A DNA stretch of 63,918 bases from Catajapyx aquilonaris. Lineage: Eukaryota. Positions 12,591 through 24,808 of this stretch are shown here, piece after piece. The notes beneath the pieces are model-generated. The model saw nothing but the letters and a program-made list of their open reading frames with translations. It was not told where the DNA came from and did not search any database. Position 1 is the stretch's first letter, and every line of letters begins with the position of its first letter. Position numbers and translations under genes: made by a program. The stretch covers positions 62,083-126,000 of the forward strand of contig KZ538000.1 in assembly GCA_000934665.2 (NCBI GenBank). Direction: 5' to 3'.

Positions 12591-12956
12591 ATGGCTGAAA
12601 AAGAAGCTGCGGCGGCTGCGGCTGCCGATCCGCGTCTGGAGTTTATTGGGAGTTATGTGCAGCGAACTCTCCGGGTCAAACCGGATAAGTGGATCAAGCT
12701 CCTCACAATCGATGAATCCAAGAGGATCATCAACGACTTTTTGGATCAACCTTTTCCAGATAAGCTAATAATTAGCACCGTGAATGGGGGCCTGTTAGCA
12801 GCCAGTTCCACTTTTCCGATATCGCTGAGGCCCAAGGCGTCTTTCTTTGTGAAAAAGAAGCCTGGGATATTGAATAAGGAGGCGTTTAAAAACGTCTTGC
12901 TCTATGGAGATTTAGTTCCTCAACAGTTGGACCAGCTGGCCTCGGAAATCGAAGAG
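12591..12956 (+). CDS. dynein HC coding exon 1
   Basis: [19 protein letters not shown]...ASEIEE, GT donor. Confidence 0.85.
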
Positions 12957-15900
12957 GTAAATAATTAAGCTGCATTCATATCAGATGTATTGTGTAGTTA
13001 TTGTGGTGTAGTGAGTGCTCTTATTTAATGATTTGCTGTGTCGCGTAGGCAGTGTGGTTTACTCAACTGTATTTGCAGTTTATAATTTTTTTTACCATAT
13101 GGACGTGGCATTGATGTTTTACTGTTGGACATTTAATGACTAATAATAATTCTACTAGTCAGGAGAAGGAAGTCGGAGACAAAAAGAATGATTAATAACG
13201 AACAATTTACATTTTATAACGCTATTGGTACTGCACATGACTATTACTTTACAAGTCAAGCTACAAACGCGGTAACCAAATGAGGTAATCCCTCTCGATC
13301 ATGACCTATACAAATCACGTCAAGCAGAAAGTTGGCAATATGACAAGTATTGTACCGGTATTTGCCGAATAATTAATTAATATAATTATATATGCTACTA
13401 GTGCAGTGGGTCAGATTACACATATAAGATTACATCAGAGAAATGCGAAGTAAAACTAAAGAACACGTCAAGTCCATCTCAGGCAGTGGGCATCAAAGCA
13501 ATTTCATTATTAGCTTAAATATTAATGTACTCTATCATAAAAATTCTGCTTAGAAATTATTCCAGAATAATCTGGCTAAAATATTAATCAATGCAGTTTA
13601 CTAAAGCCGCATGATATTAATATCATCTTCAGTAAAATGCAATGAATGCACAGTAATTAACAAAATGTAATTTAGCTTACAAAAGGTAAGTGCTTGCATG
13701 CATGCGTTGAACATTCCATAATATTTCCCTTTGCTCTATACAAAACCACAGTCTCTCTGTATGTATTCATCTGCCGCTTCAATCTCGCAAAACGGCGCTT
13801 TGATAGTTCTGTGCCTAAACATAGCTTGCGACCCAAATTATATAACAGTACGAGTAGTCTATATAAAAACACTATCGCAAACGGTTAAACCATTCTCGTA
13901 AATCAAAGCTCCGGAGTATATTCATTTAAATCTCTGCCGTTCTCCTTACCAATATTTTTTTAAATAGGCCCCTACTAGTAGTCTGAGAGTTCATTTTTGT
14001 ACGGTACCGGTACGTAAAATTTTAATGAAAAAAATTAGATGATGATTAACATGGCTGATATTTCAGGTCTACATACCCTTGCTGTCATGTTCTCACACGA
14101 AGAAAGATTGGGAAAAAGTGATAAACGAGGACGTACGACGTCACATATACGAAATAAAGAATCTGATACACCAAGTTCGTGAACAGATGATAGGCAGGAC
14201 ATTGCTATGCCTTCCTTTCGGAGAAGAAAGGATCAATGACGCTCTAAGAGTGGCCTTAAAAAGGTAATTTAATATTTGTTGACCAATCTTGCATCTACAC
14301 AGACTGTACCAGTCGTACTGTACAGTGCACTGAATGCCACCCCTAACGCTTTTCAGCGGAATATTCATGGATCACGATTTGAAAAACTCCATAGAAGGGG
14401 CGATCATCAAGTGGGTTCATCAGGTGAATGAAGTAATTACCCAGGATTCGGCTCAAGCTATAAGAGATGGCTTGAATCCCACGCCAATAACGGGTACACA
14501 TTGCTCTCTACATCATTATAAATATGGCATGAACTACGGTAAATCAATAATGCATTTTCAGAAATCAATTTCTGGCAAGACCAATGCGACAATTTGAAGT
14601 ATATGTATGATCAACTGCAAGATCCGCGTATGAAGAAGATCAGTGTAATCTTGGAAAAAACTGAAAACACTTACTACAAGTGCTTTCAGAAACTTTTGGG
14701 ACAAGTGATTATTGGTAAGTAGCTTTCCGGACTTAGAGAAAGAGGTAAAATGCGGTCTCATGGTCTATTTCGTGTCTCGTAAAGACATTTGATGAATATT
14801 GCAACGCATTCCAGCGGCACAGAAAGGACCACGTCCACTAAACCTCTACTGCTATTGTACATAGTATTTGAAGGCTGGTTGGTTGGTTGGTTGGTTGATG
14901 TACCAAAGCAACTAAGGCTATCTGGCATTCGTGTGATGGGTTATTGGTAGTGGGAGGAAACGGGAGAACCCCGAGAAAACCCACGCAAACACGGGGAGAA
15001 CCCATCGAAACGCTTCCACATAAGTGTCCTCCGTCCGACCCGGGGATCGAACTCGGGACCTTAGAGCTGGAAGGCTGTGGCGTTAACCACTACATCACAG
15101 CCCCTTGTAGTTGAAGGTGGATGTTGAGACAAAATTGTGAATTATAATTTATAATTTATAATTTATATTTTGTTACCCTGTGATAGGGCCAGGGGCCCTC
15201 TTAGGGGGGTGGAACACCACCATATTTCCATTCAATTTTCTATGATTTTTCTTCAGACACCGTGCAGGGATGAAATGATATAGGGTAGGGATGGGAGTTT
15301 CTGGGGAGGGGACACAGGTGCAGGTGTAATGTCGTAAACGTTGGGCCATGTGCAGTCCCCCAGGAGGTTAGGTTGCCAGACATCTCCAAGGTGCGGGTGA
15401 ATTATGTTAGAAATGTTATGATTTTTAGCCATCAGTGATGAACATGCACGCTTGATGCATGGTTGTGTAAATTAAATCTGGGCACAACATGACACTGCTT
15501 ATACATAGCAGGCTCGACATGCTCTCTTCGTTCCACTCACGTCTATACTCAACGTATACTGTAAGGTACGTTACTTACTTACTTGTATACTCTATAGGCC
15601 TGCGTTCCACAGCCCAAATGCCAACAAAAGAGAGGCTCTTACGTTCCTTCTGTTGCCAGTGCACAGTTGCGCATTAATAATACTGTAATGGAGCGTCTTC
15701 AAGTCATTAAAATAAATTCAAGAAAACTATCATCATGTCCTTATGAGACATAAAATAGTCCTGCGCTAAGTAGTTTTTCCACACTATGAGATTGAAAAAA
15801 TATATATATTTTATACACAGCCCTAAAAGAAGCATCCGAAATTCTGCATTACTTGAAACCACTGAGAAAACACTTCGAGATCATTGAGACAGCCGAATTC

Positions 15901-18900
15901 ACCGAAACGAAACCTCACTGGACATGCCTGATGCATCTGACCTGCATGGTGTGGGCCAATTCCTTTCACTTCTGCCAGTCATCTAGAATTACTGTATTTC
16001 TGCTGAAAATATGTAACCTGGTCATTGAAATGGTAAGTCCAAACCAGGATTTTGCTCTCCTGTGCCTTACTGATGTATTGATTTCAGTCCAAGAATTATA
16101 TGGATCCGGCTACAATATTCAATCAGGAAGTGGAGGATTCTGAAGAGAAAATACTTATAGCTCTCAAAATTCTGCGATATTTCAGGTAGGCTATGCAGTG
16201 AATGATGTTTTGTTAACGTTTTCCAGACTGATCAGTTTTGCAATTCAGATTCGTTTACGAGGCCCACAAGCGTAAGCTACCGTCATATTTCAAACAGGAA
16301 AAGGATGTGCACCTCTGGTCCTTTCCAAATCATGTCGTTTTCCACCGATTCAAGTCATATATCAGACGTCTGCACGACCTGTTGGTTGGTATCCACTTTT
16401 TTCTTGTGCAATACATACCATCGTGATCGTGAGGAAAAGAAAGGCTCTTGCTAAACTTACAGATGAAATGACAACTTGACAATCTTATAGACAAAATGAT
16501 CCGAAAGTCGCGGAGTCATTCGTTGAATACGTTAATTTCCGAGGTATTTTTTGTCAAGTGCATTGCATGGAATATGACAATTCCTGTCATGGCTAGTTTA
16601 CTGCATGATCTACCACAGTTATCTAGGTCGGTGATCTGGAGTATAGGGTGACATTCAGATAAGGAAGTGGGTTGGAGTTGCCTTTAACAGAAATACAAGA
16701 TCAAAGCTAGGCATGAAATTTTAATTATGGTAATTAAGAATACGCTGTTCGAGATTTGCGCATTATTCCTGGACAGTATTTCAAAGGAAATGCTGAAATG
16801 TATTGAACATTAAAAATTGGAAATGTCGTAGAAAAGTATATGCTACGGCCTGGGGATTCATCTTGCAAGGAGGATTAAATTTTACATCCACGAATATCAT
16901 AGTCAAATAATATTCTCAAACTTTTCCAAAACTGTTTTCACAGATACACTGTACGAAGCAACAACACATCATTATTAATTTTTAATGTAGACTGTAGCCT
17001 TCTCTTCTTGACGGACTTTCTACAGCGACCTGAAATTAACTTTTAACTCGAAAAATTACGCACAAAATGGCTCTTATGTGTTGCTTTCAATTTTTCGCGA
17101 GCGAATGGAAGTCTCTTATTAGTTCATTATAGTAGCACGAGGAGGAAGATGAAGGCTTATCATTCTTCGAGCCCTTCCTGCAATAAAGATCCATTAGTAT
17201 TAATAGCAGGGGAGAGATGGCGGAGGATGCTAGCATTCGTGAAATGCTTCTGACTCGTGGCGCCTCCAGATGGGACTCAATATAAACTTTCGAACCGCAA
17301 TCTGTCGGAAACAACATACTATCAAAATAATGGAAAGCTATGACAAGAGCCCATGATTGATAAAGGGATTCCGGGGTGCAGTGCAACTGTCAAGAACTTC
17401 ATTATTCACCATGCTTCAGAATTTAGTTTCATATTATATGCATATGCATCGATAAATTTTTTGGGGAACTGGCTAAACTTCCTTGCCTTAAAGTGGTAAG
17501 CTCTCCAACAAAGCAAACCAATATATTCCATCTCATATCGCCCAGGCCAATTGCATTTTTACCTGAGTACGCCGGAAGTTACACCACGCACCACGCATTT
17601 TATGCTCCACATATATCCTTGTTGCCATATCACGCATGGTTTATCCCATCAAATGATTATTGTTTCGTTCCAGAATTTCTTTCGCACCTCCAGCGAATTT
17701 TTGAAATTGGAAAAGGTGGAGCTGGGCGGCCTGGCCGGGAAACTGTTGTGCGGAAAACTGGTCACTATACACAAGGAATTTTGCGATTTTTTCAATCAGT
17801 TTTCCAACAATACTTACGACTGCTTCGAACCAGACGACTCCGGATTTCCGCACGATTACGCCACGTTCGTTACAAAAATCCGGGATTTTGACCTACGACT
17901 GGCGGCCATATTCAACCAGTCGTTTGATGACTGTGGAAATTTGGAGGCAGCATTGAAGGTACGAAGTGCAGCAATGCAGATGGGAGAAGGTCAAAGGCCA
18001 ATGCCACTCCAGCTTACTTCTACAACAGTTTCGACGAGGTCCAAACAAAATATCGATTGTAGCTCCCACGGGAGGGGATATATATTGTGTGCTTTTCCAC
18101 CCAACAATGCCATTGTTTTTCTTTCAGCTTATTGTCATGTTTAGCTCTCTGCTTGAGCGACCCCTGATACGAAAGAACACGGAGAAAAAGTTGCTGCTCG
18201 TAGTGGATCTGCTGGACAAAGAGATAGCGCTCTCATACGTACGTAGCTTTTTTTACGGGGGGGGGGGGGGNGGGGCATGTTAACAAAATGAAACAGCGGA
18301 TAGCTGACAGTCAACTTTAGTAGAGAGGAAATAGATTTAACCTTGCAGTTTCGGACCTTGATTCACTATAGAGAAGTTAGGATTTCGGACGAAACAATGC
18401 ACATAATTAATGTATTGAAACTAGAGGGCATAATACAGCAGTTGTACCGCAGTTCAGCTGGAGATAATTACAGTATTGTTTAGTTAACATATTACTAAAT
18501 GAAATTATTACAAAAAAACTATATTTAACTGCCAGCTGTACGAATGAAACTTTGTGAATCTACTGCATGAAGTTCAAGTTCTATTCGAATTAAACCGCTT
18601 TCGGTATTTTTCCTCTCGATTTTTATTATCCATGTGTGTGATTGGCTATACCACTCATTTTCAATCAGTATAAAGTGGGGGTGATAAGCTATTGTCTGCA
18701 AAAAGGGACGCGCCAAAAGCACATTATTAGTACCAGGGGGCATCATTGTATTTCCAACCACATGCCACTTCAAGACCGGAATGCATCTTCAAAGACGTAA
18801 CAGACATTAGATTTCGCTTAAAATTACAATGCAATATAGAGGCTGCAATACACTGTTCCATGCCCCTTTCTTAGTTCCTTTAAAAGATCGATTTCCTCAC

Positions 18901-21900
18901 CCTATATGGTAAATAACCAGGTTTTTTTTTTCCTCTTGAGACGAAAGCTTAGATAGAGTGAGTGTATATGCTTCAATAATCAAGCATTATTTCAGAAAAT
19001 GTACTCGTATCAAATGAAGCACATAAAAGAATACGGAGAGGCTGAGGTCCAAAGAAATATGCCTCCCTCATCTGGTGCCATGCAATGGGCGGACAACCTC
19101 CAGCGAAGAATGGACACCCCTCTCGAAATACTAATTTTGTTAGAAATGAAGTGAGTATTTCATGCAGTATCATTCTACTAGCTCTATAGAAAATGCTTAA
19201 TGGTTTAGGCATTAATTATTACAGACAAAGAAACTATTACACTAAATAATTTAAATAATATTATAGCCTGCCTGAATATCATCAATCTTGTGCATGCTTT
19301 CTTATGATGCTTTATGCATCTTACATTGGAAGGAATAGGTGGCGTAATGCTGCTTTCCATTGATGAGTGAACCATAATGCAACAACTGGCATAGGTTGGA
19401 TGGCCATTGTTGATGTCCAATAAAAATGTTTCCTAGAAGAAACAAAAGCCTGCATTCACTGATGTATTCTTACAATTTTGTGATCTACGAGGTACTATTG
19501 GAAGAGAAAACCTGTTACATTTGATTTTCCTACGCTGTTTGAATTCATGCCATGTTCTTTGGCCGAGTGAGCCTTCCCGATATCATCACTGACAATAATG
19601 AACCGTTGTTGCCACTCAGGGCCATGAGGGGAAAGAGGGCAGTTCCGGTGCTGAAAAAGTACTGGGACTTGGCCTGTAAGCTTCAGGATTTCAAGAACAA
19701 GACGTTCGAATCATGGTCGTCGAGTGTCGGGGACAAATGCAGGACGTTTCTCGAATACCGACTTGTTGCGAGAGGTTCGTCCAACCTGTTGTCAGCTAAT
19801 TTTCATCCGGAGGTAACGTGCCCCACCAATTGTGGACTCGTTAAGAAAGAGAAGGCGGAGAAACTGAGCCCCTTTCCTTTTCTAGTTGATGACAGCATTA
19901 AGAGAAGTGAAATATATGAGAATTTTCGACCGATTTACGGTTCCCCAAGAAGGAATGGCCCTCTTTGCGCGGCAGGATACCTTGCGCAATTACACAAGGA
20001 ACTTGGAACTGGCTGTCGAGTGGCAAGCTTACCTTCTACAGTTGCATGTTGAGGTTGTTTTTGAAAGCAATTCAGAGTAAATGAAGCAAGCCTAAGGACT
20101 TAGCTACATTCTAATTAGTATTAGTAGACTTAGAAGCAGTGAACAAATTATTAATGAGTAGTCTCAGTGTAAGAACATAACTGTAAATGGGTTTTTACCT
20201 CTATTGCTTCCGTTTGTTCCTTATTTTATTGACTAATTCAGTAACGTTATAATCCATGCCTTGTGCACACTGTTATGTAACTGCATAGTATAATTAATTA
20301 GTCAGTTTCATCGAGTAAGAGTATCTGCAGAGCGCAACAATTTTAACTTCATTATGGAATTATTACGCGAAGCTCTATTTATACAGTATATTAGCAGCTT
20401 TATTTTCCAACACTGCAGTATTGTCTAGTAATATTCCATTTCACGTGTTATCTACACCGCTACCCTGAATGCCTCACCTACTGCTTCAGACAGAAACTAA
20501 CGCAAGTCTTCCTTTTCAGGTACAATAAAATCAGATCGTCTACTAACGAGGAAGAAGCTAATCTAATCTCTCAAGAAATGGAGGATATCGACAAGAGGTT
20601 GATTCCAGCAGAGCGAGAAGTGGACTGGAATCATGATGGTCCAGTGCACAATTTACGATTTTAATTGCAGATCTCCAGGCGAAAGACGAAAATCTAGTTG
20701 GCAAATTGCATGCGTTAGCACCCCCTCCAGTCACATCAGGGCCATCTCTATAGTACCGACTCTCAGAATTCACTTTGTAGAACTTTAAAAGCAGCACAAT
20801 GAATCCACTCCTAAGGGAAGGTATTACAAAAGGAACTAACAAAAATTGTGTCTTTTTTTTGCAGATTTGTTGGAGTATGTGGAGGGTATCCGAAGCACAT
20901 TGTTCGACTTGGGACAACGTGTTGAAAAGGCACAGCACAATGTTGCTTTAGTGATGAGGATAATGGATAAGTGGAGCTATCATCCTCTGTTTGAGAGGAA
21001 GGATTCTAAAAAAGAACACATGCTGTTCCTGGAAGACAAAGCAGATAGGCTTCAGAGAAGGTAATGGTCAGCGCTGAATCGTTTGTTACAGAAATGCTAG
21101 TCATCAAAATGAGGGGATGCATGGATTGGTTATGGAAGGAGCTTCCTTTTGTTGCGGTTGACTGCACCAAATCATGTTGGATCTGCGGTGTGTAACTAAT
21201 GTACGTGGTTTCCCGAATAATACCAAACTCTAAAATATTTGAGAAAATATTTCAACTCCAAGTGTAAGCATTTTTTAATGATCTTCAGAAGATAGATCAT
21301 AATAAGAACTAGCACTTTCCAAAAACTCAAGTAAATTGTAGTCCAATTTCGAAATCACTTTAAAAGGCAAGTGCAAAAAGGAGCACCTTGTACTGTACGA
21401 AAAAAGACTCTCCAATTCATCCACACACTACTCAAAGTAGTCTGCCTTTTAGAGGACACAATAGCTTCTTGAAATTGCTTGTGAGGGATGCAATTGCCCA
21501 CTGAGAAAGCTCGAAAAATAACAAACATTCCTTGCATTCCTTCTCGACTCCTCTCTCGATCTGCAAGAGAGACTTGCTACGAATAGAGCAGGCGCACTTT
21601 ATTCTGGCATGTTTCCATCCCCATTTCCTGAAATGGATTTTGTTACTAATGTTAGTCTCCTCCAATAAGAAGCTCAGATCAAACTTATGGCATTGAAAAA
21701 CCCGAAATAACATTTCACACATTCAGGTACTCCGAAGTCAAAGCAGCAGGACAAAAGGTGGAAATGCTTATTCAGGAAAACATGGCTCACTTCAAGTCAG
21801 AAGGAACCGGATCTAACTGGGAAGCTTATGTGAACTACGTGGACGAATTGGTTTATGACGGGATTCTGCATAACGTAGGCTGCAGGTAACGTTCCCTTTA

Positions 21901-24762
21901 AAATTCCTTTTCTCTCCTTTCCTCCTGACAGGGTATTTAATCACCGTATCTGAACCAGGTGACCCGTAGACGTTGATATGCCTTACGGTCACGGGACTCA
22001 TTTCACTTGACTCCCTTAATCCAAAATCACAAAGCCTCCCATTCTTCTTTCTGAGACTTTCCTTCCCACCGCGCCCATTTCCTCTCCTTTTCTCCAAATC
22101 TCTTCCTTCTTTCTTCTCAGCATTTTCTCTCTCCGGACCTCCCACGCCCCCCTTGTTTGGTTTGCTGATGAAGAGCTCCCAGCCTCTTGTCTCCTGCATA
22201 CTACCACTTGACATTCTCCTCTTTTAGCCTTTGCCACGTCCAAATTCTAGCATCTTGCGATGAAAAGTGCAGAGAGCTTGGGCTGAAGTGTTAATCAGAT
22301 CCACCCCCCACCATCTCGCCCATTTCCTTCAATATCGTAGATATTCATTGTGTCAAGAAATCATGAACAGTCAATTGTCATGCCTAATGAATGTGTTCCT
22401 GGCAGTACATCTAAAAGTATTCCTCTCTCACTCTCCATTTGTGTCTAGTACGAGAATAGTTGCATCATAGCAAATTATTGTAAACCTGCCGGTATCGCTT
22501 TTCTTCTCTTGGTTCAGCCTGGGTTACCTAATGGACAACACGGACGAGAATATCACTCCAGGGCCCTTGTTTGAGATCCAATTGCAACTGATTGAGCCGG
22601 AAATGATTTTCAAGCCCTCTTTGCTAGAGTCGGACGAGGACAGCTTTCAACGACTGATGGACAGCCTCCTGAATAGCATCTTCCAACAAGCAGCACTCGT
22701 TCCTAGGGTCAGCAAATTCAAAGCGGATCAAGATTACAAGGCGAGTGCAGACCCCTTCCCCCCTAACCAACCATTCCCATACTAATTAACCTAGTCCTTG
22801 ATCTAGTTTGTGATCTAGCTCATGAGAAAGTTTGCCTACGAAAGGCGCATCAAAGTAGTTGGACATCATTAAAAATTCCTGGCCAGACTTATAGGCGGTG
22901 CTCAGTTGATTTCCATATTACTAGTGGCTAGCCTCATACACTCAATTTGCCTAAGCTCTCAAATGTTCCGGGGCTGTGGGATTTGCTGGGTATACGAGAA
23001 AGCGCAGCGTCGTGTGTCTATATTGACTTGTCGCTTCATTATGTTTGCTATCAAATGCAGGATGAGTTGGAAGTACGCTCTTGCAGATTGTTGCTAATTA
23101 TCCTGCTTTGCAAAAACTGATTGAGGGAAAAAGTCACGGTCCATAACGCAACCCACAAATGGGCACATATGGTTGTCCCAGTTGAAAATGCAGTGGTACT
23201 ACCTTTGAATGACAGGTCTTTCCGATACTGTTAGGTTGGTCATCTGGAGTCGAACTTTGAAGCTCATTAACCTGGTTGTGAAGCTGCCTGTTCATAGTAC
23301 ATAAATGGTTTGCTTTTGTTATGGGCCAATATGTAACAACAACCTCACTGAGACGTTAAAAAATGGTGGACACAACACCCTTTTCATGCTAAAGAAGGTG
23401 ATGACACACGTCCACAAGGGGGTAATCACTCGACTGAAAAGTGTACACTGGAGTACCAAATTCAAGGAGTACCAAGGAGTAATAAAGAGTGAGGTACCTG
23501 ATGAGTACCAGGGAGTACCACTCGCAGGTGTACACTGGAGTACCGAAGTTATTACCCTTTTGCACGTCCATCAACTAATGACTATTTTAAAATTTACGAC
23601 TACTTATTTCATGACAAGTGGCATAGCATTTTAAATATTACGGGGCTGTAAAATATACACAAGCTGAAAACGGGCTAGGGAAATGCCGAAACATGTATAT
23701 TCTCTTTCTACTGAGGCCAAATCCTAAAGGTTTTTGCTGACATTTCTGGGCTTGAGAGAATCAATACTAGGGAAAAATCACGACTTCTTTCCAAAAAGTG
23801 CGAGAAGTAGTTTTCTACCCGGACGCCTTCTAGTTATCACCATTCTTACACCGATGCAGAAGATATTCAGAAACTTTTTATAGCGCATACATCAAAACAA
23901 CTGCATTTCCTACAGCACGGAGTCTAATGCGAAATACTCTCATTTATACATGAGAAGACGTGAAGTTCAGAACAACCAAAGTCGAATTTTGGTCAAAACT
24001 TAGGCATTAGACAAATATCCCTCGAAGGATACATTCAGTTGGCTTATACAGCAATTACAGACCCCCCAAAATTTTCTTTCACAATCGTCCCATTTTATTA
24101 AACGTTCATATCTCAATATCCAGTCAGTTCTTCATATGCAATTTTGTAACTCCCAATTTAGAGTCCGAGCATCTGCAAAGGACCACTACTTGATGAATTA
24201 TGTGACAATTATTGAAGGGTGCAAAATCTCCCCGAAAAACATGACACAATCACACTTATCTCAAGATATACCCACGAGAACTCTCACCCTGAGTCTAGTC
24301 CTCCAGGACAATGACTCCAGGCGCACCCACTACAGACAACTCCTTCGATTATCTCCGAAAATCCAGTCGTGACATCCAAGCATGCATCTTAATACGTCGT
24401 CCCAAAGTAGAGGGGGAATCCCCGCAGTTCTGAATTGAATTTGCGGTCGAAACCTCGCAATCACGTGGTAAAGGGAATTTGTTACGCATTGAGCTTTATT
24501 TATGCCCGCTGGGATGAGCATTACCCTTAAAAGATTGGTGGGCTCTCACTGGAACGGTGTTTCCAACTACTTCCGAGCAACTTGGTTCACGTTTTACCCT
24601 CCCAAAAGAGAACAGGGTTGGGGTTAGGCATAGGGAAGGGGTAGGCAAAGCTTAGGGAGGCCCAACCATTACGTACCTTTGATTGCAAAATAAACTTGCC
24701 TGCTCCTGAATGGGGGTGGTGGGTTGGAGTAAAAGGAGGGTAAGGAAGGAGAGAGAGGGAGG

Positions 24763-24808
<46 letters not shown>

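Noticed and set aside
18258..18275. G/C homopolymers containing N (also ~42287, 61437-61440)
   Set aside because: Assembly ambiguity at homopolymers, all intronic; not a biological signal.
23441..23546. CRISPR-like repeat-spacer array
   Set aside because: Eukaryotic context, units too short and irregular, no cas genes.
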